DNA of 62,997 bases, filler included, from Hyphochytrium catenoides (GCA_900088475.1; 11 parts of 11 records of this genome joined end to end with filler, not necessarily neighbours in it), one strand, 5' to 3'; counted from the first letter of the whole stretch, positions 49,201 to 62,917 are shown. The notes: generated by a model not told the origin, from the letters alone. Numbers and translations are program-made.

Positions 49201-52200
49201 CGGAGACATTGAAAAAAATGAGGCACCAAGAGGGGGATGTACGGAGGAGAGATCAGAGAGGAACCCTGGTAGAGCCAGGCCCGGGCCGTACTCTTAATAA
49301 CCTCAGATATAGATAGATACGGAAAAAAATTTGCTAGGCCTCTTACCTTCGAAGCTTCGACTGCACGTCACTTCCCATTCCAACCTGGGACAAAGAAAGA
49401 AAGAATGACAGGAGCGCGCCCAAGGTAGGAGAAGGTCGTCAAAAAGAGCTCATAGAATGAATGTAAGCAAGAGAGATGGCGCTGAAAGAAGCTTGCATCT
49501 TCAATTTTCCATCTCCCATAAGAAAACGAGGGAAGGCGAACTAGAGAGAGCCGCGTACCGAAGAAGTGAGTGTCTGCCTTTGTTCATTCTTCAGTCGGCG
49601 CCAGTGCGAGTTCACGGCAGAGAAGAAGAGGGAGTGGGCGCGGAATGGGAGAAGAAAGTCCTGGCGCAGTAAATCTAGAAATCGCTGGGCCTCCTCATGG
49701 AATAGGTGCTCCCTGCGGATGCCCTTAGTTCCTATCCCGATTCATTGCTCCTCTGGCTTCGTCTTTCTCCTCCTCCTGTCGTCCCTTTGATATATCTCGT
49801 CGATCTCATTACATCCTCTCCATCTCCAGGTCAATGGTTCTCATCGTCTCTCCCTCCACTGCCTATCGTATTGGAGCTTTTAGGGCTGTACGGAGCGAGG
49901 CGTACCTTTGACTGGCTTGCAGAGAGAAAAATTCTGCCTGCGAGAGAGAATTGTGGAGACGGTTGATAGTTGCAGAGGACGGTGAAGGTGATAGAGTGCA
50001 GGGTGCCTCTGGGGCTAAGTACTCCTCGAATATACTTCGGGCTTTCTCTCTCTGGTCCTCAGCCGCGTAAAGTTGAGAGGAGACCATCTTGCGGTATCTA
50101 CGATGGGGAGAGAAAAGGAAACATAGAAAAACAGATAAAGACGGGTGGCGATGGTGTTGATTATACCACTGAAAGGATACAAAGTTGATCAACCTTCTGA
50201 TCAACCTTCTATGGAATAGAGGCAGAAAATGGCCACCGTAAGAAGGCAAGGGAGTATGGAAGTGAGAGATATAGCACTAGGGCAGTAGTGAGGGCGGAAG
50301 AGTGAAAGGGGGAGGAGCACAGGCAGACATTGGTGCAGATAGAAGAGAGAGGTTCGGTGCCAACTGGGGAGAAAGAGACTTACTGACTAACATCCCGACA
50401 GAAAGCGAGTAGGTCAGACCGCTTGTGAGGAAGTAAAAAGAACCAGAAGGAGGAAAAGACTTCTTCCGTCTGGAGAATGCGCTCCAACGTCCATTCATTG
50501 ATCTCCTGAGGAGAGAGAGGATGGTCCAACTCCGTTTCCTCATCCCTCTCTTCATAAGCTGTAGATGTTGAGAGACAAGATAGTTAGAGACGCAGGCGGG
50601 AAGAAGACAGAAGAGTCCTAGCAGAGTGCGCAGATTTCTGTGGGATATGAAGACGTGATCTCTACCAATGTGGCTTATGATGGACTCAGCGTACTCCATC
50701 AGCAAGGATCCGGCATATTCTTTCTCTTTCAGGTCCACTGATGCTGTGACATGTGCATCGCTAAGGTTTCTTTTTCAACAAAGTGCGGTTGGGGAAGAGA
50801 TAGAAGTGAAGGACGTCCGGGAATCCACAGCCAATGGCAGGAAAGAACTCATGGCTGTAGATGAGACATCGTCTGAAAGAAAGCTAGGGCGAGATAGGCA
50901 GACATTGACGACGTCGAGCTAGCAAGGGAAGACAAGCTCATCCCAAATGTCCAACACAAGCTGCCACACCTTCTGTCTCTCCATCCCGTTTTCTGAGAAG
51001 CCTAATCCCAATGATTCTCGCCACGCGGTCACAATCAGTCAGCGAGCGACTTGACCGCTTCCCACTTTGCTCCTCAACAAGCTGTCAGGAACGTCAAGCC
51101 GACTTGGTCAGCGTAATGAGGTGGCCGGAGATTTGGAAGATAGAGGCTCCGAAGCGCCGATGAGAGGAAGTAAGAAAGACAAAGGACGATTCCTAGAGTT
51201 GTTCCTAGGAGAGGGGGACAGGGAGAGAAGCGGCGATGAGAAATTGCAAACCTTCCGCAAGACTTCCAGGAGCCGGACGAGGACGAGCTTGTTAGGAGCT
51301 GGAAGGTGCCTCAGGAGATGGGTCCACTGGCTTGGGAGTGAGAGAGAGAACAGGGACGCTCTAGAGAGACCACTCCTGCCTTCCTCTTGTCGAGCCCGAA
51401 GGTCCCGGATTCCTCTTAGAAACTCGTCATATAAGCCATAAGTCAATAACGGCTCGTAGTCCTCTAGTAGCTCCTGTGCAGGACGAGAGGATGAGCTTAA
51501 ATAGTGCCTTGAAAAGGGTCCAAAAGAAGGAGAAGAGATTGGAGCCCGCAAAGGCGCTAGGAATGTTGAAGATGGGAGAGAGGCGCTGAAACCGGAGGAG
51601 AGGAGAGGAGCACCACAGCCGGGGGAGAGAGTAGGACCTCGTCTAAGGTCACGGTGGTGGAGAAAGGAGTGGCGCCGGAGTTGTGCCTTACCCTGAAGAT
51701 CGTGTGAATGGCTGCCTGCGTCTCCTCAAGATCCGGGGCACCTTCGCTGAGCGCTTTTCTCATGAGTCTCTTTGGACCCCTGGGAGTCCCCGGCTTGTCT
51801 GTGTCTAACCAGGCAAAGATCCTGGGCTCCTGCAGTCGGAATGAAAGGAAGGTAAGGGCAGAGCGAAGAGATATTCAAAAAGAGAGAAGCGAGAGAGAAA
51901 GAACTTAGAGAAAGACAGAGTCGGATCAAGAAGAGTGAACTCCGTCATAAAGGAGTAGTCGAGTCCGAGATGGCGCCATCGAAAAGATCTCGGAGGACGA
52001 AATGAAGTCCCCGCAAAGGTAGAGAAAGCGGGAAATAGATAGATAGATAGATAGATAGATAGAGAGGGAGAGAGGGGAGAAGTGAGAGGGAAACAGTCAG
52101 ACAGAGAGTGACCACCGCGAAGTGATTGCCGAAGGTGAAAAGGAAGAAGTAGGGCGCACGTACATAGACAGAAATATCTGCCAGCTGTCGGGCAATGCGC

Positions 52201-52655
52201 GTCGCTACTGCCAAGGGCAGAGGAGGAAGGTGTTCCCCTTTCTCTTTCTCTTTTCGTTCTTTTTCACTCTTCCCTGCTCGGTTGCCCTTCTTCGTCTCAT
52301 CGCGCTCTCCCCCCTCCTTCAGAGCGAAACTCTCCCTTTCCGAGGCGCTGTGTCTCGGCGGCGACGGGGACGAGTTCCCCGCACTACCATTTGCTCTAGT
52401 TCTCTTTCTCCTTAAAATCTTCTTCCTTTCTTCCCTAGGGCTGTCTCCCGCTTCACGTCCTTCCCTCTCTTGTTTATCATTTGTCAACCTTGAATGAGAA
52501 CGAGGCGACGGCTCCTTTGATAAGTCTTCTCTCTCACTGGCGGGAGACGCTTCTCGCTTCTGCTCCTTCTTCTTCCCTTTCTTCAAGCTTCTCGGTGATA
52601 TTGCCCTCAGAAGGCTAGAAAAGGAGTGTCGCTTGCCCTTTGGTATGGCATCCAT
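46298..52655 (-). CDS. Multi-exon RhoGAP-like + RGS domain protein with low-complexity region and C-terminal coiled coil
   Basis: RhoGAP-like exons EPRIFAW..IHTIFR|ELLEDYEPLLTYGLYDEF..LRHLPAPNKLVLVRLLEVLRK|..VARIIGIRLLR; RGS-like TLERILQTEEVFSSFWFFL, KARSIFEEYLAPEAPCTL, LFHEEAQRFLDLLRQDFLLPF; last exon WTRENLVLRLKSDDLEHQN..GLEK* ending at 46298. Central exon structure is approximate. Confidence 0.72.
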
Positions 52656-53027
52656 CGCGTCTTCTGCCTACCGGTTTCTCTTTTCTTTCTCCTCCTGCTC
52701 AGCCTTTCCCGTCTGCCATTCCCTCGAGCTAGTGCTAAGCTGCCAGCTAGATAGGGATATCATAGCTAATCGGAGAAGCTTGCTTCTCGAGAGGCATGGG
52801 CGGTCATCGCCTCTTTTCGGACGAGTGGCTCCGATGTGCTGCTGTGACAGCGCGCCTAAGTTAACTGCATGAGTTCTCTAGAATAGCAGAGAGGAGCAAC
52901 ATATCTCCACTTCTCTTCTATCGCAATCACCCCTCATGCTCTCTGCTCCACCTCCCTCTTCTTTCTTTCTTTCTGTCTTTTTTCAACCTCTCTCTCTCTC
53001 TCTCTCTCTGTCTATCTCTTCCCCCCT

Positions 53028-53080
<53 letters not shown>

Positions 53081-53873
53081 CCTCTTTCCCTCTCTCCCCC
53101 TTTCCTCCCTCTCTCTCCCCCTTTCCTCCCTCTCTCTTTCTTCCTCCCTTGGCTTTGGTTGCTCGGACTACGAATAAATTTCTGATGCAGCTTCTGTAAC
53201 GACCTCAGCAGGATGTCAAACTTACAATTCCAAATTAGCAGTTCTTGCGTTTTGAGGAATTACAAGTACAGGTACACAGCAGTACAGCTGTACTCGTACA
53301 AAGCTTAGCCGTCGGCGAAAGGCAAATATCACCCAACTAGCCTTTCGAATGATACTTACTTGCAACTCAAAGGGCTAAAAGGCGAAGAGTTCTTGTACAA
53401 ATTTTTTACACAAGTATTGGACTTGAGGCTTTTCATAGGTACAGGTGGGCTACTTGACTTATGAAGGGTACTCTTGCAGTTTGTGAATTCCCCGATAACG
53501 GTCAGTAATTCAAAAAGCTTCAAAATAGCGAGCGAAAGTGCGCCAACCTTGATGAACAAGCTCCGCGCTCTGGCAAAGGTCGAAGTCTTGATGATGATGC
53601 AATCGAGGGTTTAGGGGCAATTTGGAGCTGGCGCCTTGAAGACTTGGTCTATGTCAAGCTCAAAGTAGCGCTCTTGTCAGAGGTTTACTCTCTTCCTCAG
53701 CAATGGAAACTTCTAACAAAGAAAACGCACCTATCACTAATCAGGCTAGGAGAAACTCAACAGAGCGGGAAGGTNNNNNNNNNNNNNNNNNNNNNNNNNN
53801 NNNNNNNNNNNNNNNNNNTTAATTAATTAANNNNNNNNNNNNNNNNNNNNNNNNNNNNNNNNNNNNNNNNNNN

Positions 53874-53935
53874 NGGGTCTGACTGGCAAGAAGAGACACC
53901 ACGGCAGCGCAGAGAGAGAGAGAAAAGATCTTCAT
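53874..53935 (-). CDS. Possible start of a secreted protein (signal peptide), cut by contig end
   Basis: MKIFSLSLCAAVVSLLASQT then N gap. Confidence 0.3.
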
Positions 53936-54346
53936 GATGCTTGTTTGCTGGAGCGGGATGGTTATGAGTTGAAGGTCAATCTCCCTAACAATACTCTTCT
54001 TGTGCTTCTTGCGCTTGTTCTTGTCTGTCGGGAACTTTTGATAATGAACAGAAAGTGAAGGTGCGGCTTGCGACCCTGCTGCCCCCACCGAGCATGGCCC
54101 TGGCAGGAAGACAGAGATGGCGGTCAAAAGGGACAAGGGGCAGGGAGGAAGCTAATGGGTCATCTCCAGATGATAGATACTTCGTTCTTGCAAACGAGAG
54201 AGGGAGGCTCGTGCTGCACTCAAGCACGCAGCAGGAAAGAAGAGAGAGGAGGGAAGGTATCCATTCTGATCCTCCTCTTCTTGAGTCTTCGGATCATCTC
54301 TCTCTTCCCTGTCTCTCACTCCCTCTCTCTCTTTTCTCCCTCTCTT

Positions 54347-54381
<35 letters not shown>

Positions 54382-54475
54382 TTTCCTGTCTCTCACTCTC
54401 TGTCTCCCTCTCTCTCTCTTCTCCCTCTCTCTCTCTTCTCCCTCTCTCTCTCTTCTCCCTCTCTCTCTTTTCTCC

Positions 54476-54535
<60 letters not shown>

Positions 54536-55322
54536 CTCATCTTCCCAAGCCCATCATAGAGGTAGTGGCTATTCGTCTGACCCTTCACTCTCCTCCTCCT
54601 CTTTTCTTCTTTGTCTCTCATCAGCAGCAGCAGGAGCAGACCACACGTCCGCACCAGAAGGTGCGTGCGCAAGGTTTCGCCTAGAAAACATGCTTTCATG
54701 AATACCGGAGGAAAGCTTCTTACAGGCCTACCCTTTTCAGCATTTGTTTTATTCCCATCTCTCGCAGATTCTATACCAATAAATGAATTATCTCCGACTA
54801 ACTCTGGCTTGCGGTGTGGTCTGGAAGGAAACGTATAAATGGAAAGAAACTTGAAAATTGTGGTGCGAGGGAAACATAATGTGGTTTTGGTAGGATAAGG
54901 GCCTTTAGATTGTCTCGCCCACTCACAAGGGGGTACAGTCCATACATCCATACATACAACATATAAAAAAAGCCCCAACAGTCAAAAGCCTAGCATTTGC
55001 TGATAAGTTCAGAATGACCTCTTTCCCACATCATTGAGCTGCACAATGCACATAACAAACAAAACCATCGCTCAGCATAGGGCTAAAAAAGACGCTAATA
55101 AACATAGAAGGGTCCGTCCACGAGTGGATCATCTGCTGCCATGAATGGATCAGAAAACTTATTTTTTCTAGACTAAGCTTTTGGCCCAAACCCNNNNNNN
55201 NNNNNNNNNNNNNNNNNNNNNNNNNNNNNNNNNNNNNTTAATTAATTAANNNNNNNNNNNNNNNNNNNNNNNNNNNNNNNNNNNNNNNNNNNNCTCTCTC
55301 TCTCTCGCTCTCGCTCTCTCTC

Positions 55323-55355
<33 letters not shown>

Positions 55356-55730
55356 TTCCCTCTCTCTTTCCCTCTGTTTTTCTCCTTCTCTCTCTCTCTC
55401 CCTCTCTTTCTTTTCTCCTCTCTTTGCCTCTCGCTCGATCCCCTCTCTTGTACCTCTCGCTCTCTCTCCTTGTGCTTCTGTTTTTCTTCCTCTTTCCTCT
55501 CTCTCGCTTATGTTGCGGACTCTGTCTCCTCCTCTTTTCCTCTTCTCTTGGTCCCTTTCTCTCGTGCTCTCAATTCCTGTGTAACACCACCGCTTCTCGT
55601 CCTTTGTCTCTCCCCGCTCTCTCCCTATTTTGCCCCCTCTGTCTCTTCAGCGCTCTTCCCGCTCGCTTCCTCCCAATGAATTGTCCTCAGGAGGGCAGCA
55701 TCGCTTCTTCCCGCACATTATAAGCTTCGG

Positions 55731-55880
55731 ATGAGAATCTTCAGCCTCTTTCCCTCCCAGCTCCGAGCTCAGCAAGTAGTTAAGCGATCCCCACCACCGA
55801 CAGTGCGCAAGAGGATAGAGATAATGGCGGTACGGTTCCTCTCTTCCAAGGCTCTCTCTCTCTTGATATATCTGTCTCTT

Positions 55881-55917
<37 letters not shown>

Positions 55918-57287
55918 GTTTCTAATCGTGGCCGATGGTAACGATGGGATAGGAAGTGAGAGCTAAGATGGAATAGAAAGGGTGAGAGAAAGGAGAGGAG
56001 TCTGGGGCAGAGGTCAAGAAACTGAGCGGTTTAGGGGCTTATCCTTCTCTCCTCTCTTGTGCTCTCTCTCTCTCTCTCCTCCTCTCCCTCTCTCGCACTC
56101 CATACATATGTATGACTCTCTTCCCCCCTCTCTCGCTCTTTCTCCCCCTCTCTCTCGCTCCCTCTCCCTCTCCCTCAACTCCCCTCACCCAATTTGTTTC
56201 CTTTCCTCTGTTCTCTTTCTCTTCCGCCTCTTTCTCTCACCCTTCTTTATCACCCACAAACCTGTCTCTCTCACAAATCCATCTCTGACCCGATCTCTCT
56301 CTCTCTCTCTCTCTCTCTCTTCTATCTCTTCCTTTCGTTCTTCTCATCCTCAGAGCCCTCGCGTTGAACAAGTTCTGAAGCGAATTCGCTCCGCTGTCAT
56401 AACGTCCAAGGGCAAGGAAGATGTGCCTGAGGACAGTTCTCCTGTCTTTTTGGGCACTCATGACGGAACCTTTCACTGCGACGAGGCGCTGGCTCTGGGA
56501 ATGCTGAAGATGCTGCCGCAGTTTGAGAACCACCGTCAGCATTCCTTTCTCGTTGTCCTCCGCTGTCTACCCAAATATGGACTATCTCGCTCTTGCCCTC
56601 TCTATTCCCTTAACTCTGCGTGACTGCTGTCTCTCTCTCTTTCTTCCTCTCTCTCTCTCTCTCTCTCTCTTCCTTTCTGCTCTTAGTCTTTGCTTTCCTT
56701 GTCAAGTCAGCAGAATGGCCCCTTTCTTTGATTCCTTTGTTCACTCAATCTTTGGCCCGCAGACATTGTTCGGTCGCGAAAGCCTGAGCTGTGGGAGCTT
56801 TGTGACGTCCTCGTAGACGTAGGCGCGGTATATGAACCAGAGAGGTGAGGACAACCCCGTGAGCGAAATTGAGAGGCGATGCCAGGGAGGAGCTTAGTTG
56901 CAGCAAGACTCCATGAGAGGAGTGATCGAGACAAAGCAACAAAAAAGCAGAAGAGAGCGAGCGAGAGAGAGAGAGAGCCGCGCAAAGAGAAAAGAGGTCA
57001 GGAGGTGGAAGGCCGTTAATTGACGTAAGCGATTGTTGGAAAAAAGTACAAGAGAGACAGAGAGACAATCATTGGGGTTTGCTATGTCGAACCTCCCGCG
57101 GTTGGGATGGCTGCTCACTCTCTTGCCGCCTCTCTCCTACGTCCCTTCCTTTTCTCCTCGTTCCTGCTTCTTTGCCAAACGGTGTCCTCTATGGCTCAGG
57201 GGCCGATTTGATCATCATCAGAAGGGCTTCAACGAGACCTTGGATGGCTCGAAGATCAAACTCTCGAGTGCTGGACTCATCTATAAG
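55731..57287 (+). CDS. MYG1: MYG1 / UPF0160 DHH-family exonuclease, 5' four exons (3'-truncated)
   Basis: Exons 55731-55829, 56354-~56534 (GTHDGTFHCDEALALGML), ~56763-56844 (IVRSR..DVLVDVGAVYEP), ~57200-57287 (RFDHHQKGFNETL..KLSSAGLIYK). Confidence 0.93.
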
Positions 57288-60200
57288 TGAGGCATAGCGA
57301 CACCTAATGAGTCCGCNNNNNNNNNNNNNNNNNNNNNNNNNNNNNNNNNNNNNNNNNNNNTTAATTAATTAANNNNNNNNNNNNNNNNNNNNNNNNNNNN
57401 NNNNNNNNNNNNNNNNTTGTAGGAAGGTCTTTCTTCTGAGTTTAGCTGTACGGTCCGTTCCTTAGTTTCTGTTGAAGGTTTGGCCTACAACCACGAGCGC
57501 TGGAAACGAATTCGTTGTCCGGCTCTCCCAGCCGTGAGCAGTAGACTGTCTTGCGCCAAGCAGTCGCTGAATTGGTGCCTCTCAACATCTGAGCTGGTGT
57601 AGCGGAATCTACATTTTTCTTCCCCTATCTGCAGCGGTTTCCTTGAAGAGGCCGATTTGTTGTCCACATATACCAGCACTTCCTTCTTCAAAGAGCTCTT
57701 ATCCATACGCCTTTACGACATAACTTTCGCCTTCATTTTTCCTTGGTCATGATGCAACCATTTATGTAGTTAGGCTGGCATGAGCTCTCACAACGGGACT
57801 CGATCAATCTGACGGTAGCCATCTATTGACTGCTCTTTATTGGAACACGCTTCCTGTCCAGCTGTCGGCTTCTCCGTTGTATTGGCTTCTTCATGTTCAT
57901 TCCTTTGTCGAATCTTCTTCATCAGCGAGGAAGTCGTAACCGGACTGGATATTTATTATGGCTCAAACAGTTGCTCTGTAGCGCACACTTATTATGTTCC
58001 GTCTTGCCTCATTAGCACGAAAGACTGGAACGAAAACATAAAGTCTTTTAACCGGCAAGCGTCTCGCCGGCCACCCAGACGGTAGAAGAACTAGTGGCAA
58101 GAATGCAAGGCAACATTACCCGTGTCTACGTCGGTATCAGTACCTTTCGCAGCCGCCCAACCCCAACCCCACCTTGCGTCGCGTTGTGCTTGGTCGATAG
58201 CTTCTTTCAAAGAGTCATACGCGGAGCGACGGCCGGCGAGGGCTGGGGGCGGGATGCCATAGCGAATCTGGTGAACCCACTTCAATCAACAAGAACGTGT
58301 ATGTACTATGCCGGGTTACAATGGAGGCGGTTTCCAATGGAAGGAGGAACAGAAAGCTATTGTTTTTCCGATCAATCAGTGTCGGCACCGACAAATCAAA
58401 CCGGTGAATGTTCGTTGAACTTCATCAGTATTGCAAGGAGATCAGGCAATTTGCCATGGCTAACATCTCTATAGGCGTTTTCCTCTACTCATGACAGTGA
58501 AGTCAAGGCTTGAGTGCAGAAGGGCGCACATCATCATCCCCATCAACATTCATATTTATTGTACTATAACCCGACTAGGCAAGTCTGGACAAGCACTAGC
58601 AAGGATAACCACCGACTTGAGGTTTCGAAGAATAATGCATCAGCCACTAGCGAGGTCTCGAGGTCGATCGTCGGCAGGAGGAAACGGGCCTATTAATAAT
58701 ACACCTTCCACCCGCTAGTACCAATACCCAACGACAGACAGCGCCCTGCTGGTGAAGCTTTAGGCAAAGGCCGCGGCGGCGCGGCGTATAGATGGTTCTG
58801 AAATGTGAAGCAACAAGCTTCCCTTCTTGACGCTGATTTCACGTTTAGAAAGTCCACAGTTCAGGAACTGATAACGGGTGCTACTATGCAGCAACTCCTG
58901 GGCCATCTGTTATTATCAAAGGCAATGGTAGGACCTTTAGTTCGTGGGATTCTGTCGCCCACTCTGTCAAGAGAAGGAAGTAAAACTTCTTCTGACACAG
59001 ACAAATGCAACAAGCAAAACCGGCCACCAAGCGATAGAACTAACCTTTATTTGTTGTTTGTCATTTATGCACTTTTGGTTTGGCTCCTTGTCCAATTGAG
59101 ATCTTGAGGTTGCTGTGCTAGCAGCGTGGAGAGGGAGAATATAGGTAGGAAAAGGTTCACATACGTGGCGTCGTGGTGCTGCCATGGTAAGGAATAGGCG
59201 GAGAAGAGATTTTTATGCCCTCTCCGGCTCTCGTCTTGCTCTTCTGCTCTGGGGCCTCCCATTGACTTACCGGTTGTGTTGGTTACATAGTTCTAGCAAA
59301 TATAGTTCTAGATCCTTAGCTTGATAGTAGACAAGCTCATCAACCCTCGAGAGCATAAAGCAATCGCTAATAATAAACAATCAGCGAGCGTTGTCATCAT
59401 CCAAGCAGCGTTGTTACAGCTGTTTTTATATACGGATTACAGAGGTAGAGCTTATCTGGGCGCAACATCTATCGAAACCTCCTGGTGATCCTGTTATATT
59501 CGTTATATCCTTTATTCATAGAATATCTCTCTAGCTCTTAGGCCATATAAATTATAGGCGTTGACATAGGGCTTGTGTATAGCTTTCTTCTAATTCTATT
59601 ATTGACGCAATAATGGATGACCAAAGGATTTTCTTACAGTAGCCTTATGTACGGGATAGTGTCGTTCTATGTGGCCCCGCGTGGGCGAGCCTGGCTGACC
59701 GCTATATTTTTTGGGAGTCCGACCGGCTCGGCGGGCCTGGCCTCTCTGATGTCCGATGGCATGTCCATCTCCGAAGCTGTGAGATTCTCACTCCTTCCGG
59801 AACTAGAAGCTAAAGACGTGGGGTGGGCACTGTGGAAGAGAGATGCTGTTGCTGGAGATTGCGAGAGTGAGAGGAACCAATCATTGGAGCCAGAGTTATC
59901 GAGAGAGCAATCAAAGAGGCCGAAGAGAATGTTGAGCAAGAGTCAGGTGTGACGCGCATCAAAACACGGATCCTTTCCCAACTCTTCAGCGCTTATCGTC
60001 TGCTGAAAGGAGGCGAGTCTATCATTTAGAACCCTGACGTGGTGTTCTTCATCTTGAATGGTAGACATAGTTCTTCTGAAGAGCCCTGACATTTCGAATG
60101 ATGTCTGTCCGACAAGAGAGAGCGTAGAAGTGGGTCNNNNNNNNNNNNNNNNNNNNNNNNNNNNNNNNNNNNNNNNNNNNTTAATTAATTAANNNNNNNN

Positions 60201-60295
60201 NNNNNNNNNNNNNNNNNNNNNNNNNNNNNNNNNNNNGAGGTGATAATTTAACCTATGGCCAATACTGAGAGAGTGGCCCTAATTGCCCACCCCTG

Positions 60296-61072
60296 ATATT
60301 TAGTGCTTCAAACACCATTTTAATCCTCTCGCTGAGCTCTTTCCAACGATCCCGGTCGACTGTAAAACTTCGTCTTGGTTGTTGAGATATAATCAATTAG
60401 ATTTACTAGTAAATGTATGGGAAACCTTCACAAGTGGATCACGAAAGAAACATAGATTTCAAGCTGAGTATGGGGGAAGGATGTCAGTGAGTGGCATAAC
60501 GCAATATAATAAGGTATTCAGTCTGTAAAATACCTTATGTTCAAACGAGAAGGAAGAAATCTGTCAGCAGCCAGAAAGGTCTTACTGAAATGGAGTCTAG
60601 AAAATAATTATTTTGTTGATCCACTTGTGGGAGGAGTGATCCACCTGTGAGGGCACCCTTCTACTGTACCAAAATCCCAATAGCTTTTCCTAGGTGGTTA
60701 TGAAATATTTAGTGCTTCAAACACCGTTTTAATCCTCTCGAACTCTTTCCAACGATCCCGGTCGATTGTAAAGATTCGTCTTGGTTGTTGAGATATAATC
60801 AATTAGATTTTTAATTAGTAAATGTATGGGGAACCTTCACAAGTGGATCACGAAAGAAACATAGATTTCAAGCTGAGTATGGGGGGAGGATGTCAGTGAG
60901 TGGCACAACGCATTATAAGAAGGTATTCAGTCTGCAAAAAACCTTATGTTCAAACGAGGAGGAAGAAATCTGTCAGCAGCCAGAAAGATCTTACTGAAAT
61001 GGAGTCTAGAAAATAATTATTTTGGTGATCCACTTGTGGGAGGAGTGATCCACTTGTGAGGGCGCCCTTCTA
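60296..61072. repeat. Direct duplication of ~368 bp (period ~409 bp)
   Basis: 60296-60663 and 60705-61072 are highly similar AT-rich copies separated by ~41 bp. Confidence 0.92.
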
Positions 61073-61269
61073 TGTATGGAAGGAGAGGGAAGAGAAGGGG
61101 GAAGAGGAAAGAAGATAACGGACAAATCCCAATGACAGGCACAAACCACAAACCTTTCATATTACGAATAGATTGAGCTAGATTCATGTTAAGGCTTACA
61201 GATCCTCGATAATTCCTCTTTCCGAAAGTAGGACACGAAGGTTACTCCTCTTCTCTCTTTGATAATTGC

Positions 61270-61356
61270 GCTCTCTCTTCTCTCTCTCTCTCTCTCTCTT
61301 CCTCTCCTCATTTTCTCTCTCCCTCCTCCCTCTCGCTCCTCCTACCACTTGGTCCC

Positions 61357-61424
<68 letters not shown>

Positions 61425-62538
61425 CTCTCTCTTTCCTCTTCGAAAGGTGAAAGGAAAGGAAGAAGATCATAAGAAGAAGCCAAAGGCCGAAGAGAAAGCA
61501 ACCCAAGTGCATCACATGTTGTCCACTTTCTATAATAATACATTTTATGCAGAGACGAACAAGGGAGACAGAGAGAGCAAGAGGAAAGAGAGAGAGAGTT
61601 GAGAAAGAGAGACTAAATTCAAGAGAGGCACGATGAGGTGAATGAAATCTACTGAAAGAGGAGAGAGAGGGAGAGAGACACACAGAGAGAGTGTGTGGAA
61701 GGGGAGAGAGAGAGAGAGAGAGAGACAGGAAGAGAGAGGTGAGGGTAACACACGGAGGATAATCTTCAGCTTTCTAAAGCCTCATGTCTGCGAAGGAATA
61801 TGGGGAGAGGGAGGAAAGGGACAGAGAGAGAGAGATAAAGAAAGGAGTGCGGGAAAGAGAGAGAAAGAGAAGCCAGGGACAGAGAGTAAGAGAGAGAGAC
61901 GCGACGCCATAGAGTTAGACACCCAACGTACAATCAATACATGGAAAGGCGGCAACATCTCTCTCTCTCTCTCTCGTTTTCTCTCTCTTTCTCTCTCTCT
62001 CTCTTCTACTCTTACTTTTGGATCCTCGCCTTCTCTCCTTCTCATCACCTTCTCCAGTCTTTGTCTCTCTCTCTTTCTCTGTATCTTTCGTGCCTTTATA
62101 AGCCCCATTCTACCATTTCTTCTGTCCTCATGTCACGCTCTCTAGCCTTTCATCTCCCTCTCTCTCTCCCCTTCGTCTTTCCTCTCGCTCAATCTCTCTC
62201 TTTCTCTTTCTCTTTCTCTCTCTCTCTCTCTCTCCCTCTCTCTCTCTCTCTACTTCTCTCTCTATCTATCTCTATCTCTCTCTCTCTCTCTCTTTTCTTC
62301 TTTTTCGTCTTTCCTCTCGCTCACTCTCTCCTACCTAGTTGTTCTCTCCCTCGGGAGCGGGAGAGAGAGAGAGAGAGAGAGGAAGAGGATTGGGTCCCTG
62401 GGCGATGAGAAACATTTCAGAAGATTCTCCTCTGGAGGCTGCGGGCTTGAAACTACGAACAGAGTCAAATCTTCGCTTCAACAGCTCTTGAAAAGATTTC
62501 TCTCTCTCTCCCTGGAGCAGCTAACAAGTAAGAGAGAA

Positions 62539-62583
<45 letters not shown>

Positions 62584-62886
62584 AGAAGGCAAGAGAAGAA
62601 AGAGGATATAGTTGAGAAGGTAGGGAACGACTCAAGAATTTCCCTTGTCAATTAGCTCTCTGCCTCTTTCTCTTCTCTCATCTTTCTCTCTCTCTCTTTT
62701 GCTCTCTCTCTCTCTCTCTGTTTACAATGTCGGGTATGCCCGTTGTCTCCTTGCTCCTGATTAGTGCTTTATGTTCTCTCTTTTAACCTCAAACCACTCT
62801 CTTCCTGCTCTCATTTATCCACTCTCTCCTCTGTCTCTCTCTCTCTCTCTCTCTCTCTGGCTCTGTCTCTCTCTCCCTCTTATCTT

Positions 62887-62917
<31 letters not shown>

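Noticed and set aside
57417-60136. Microsatellite-free contig as prokaryotic or viral DNA
   Set aside because: Only short, stop-interrupted ORFs with no recognisable motifs; not supportable without a search.
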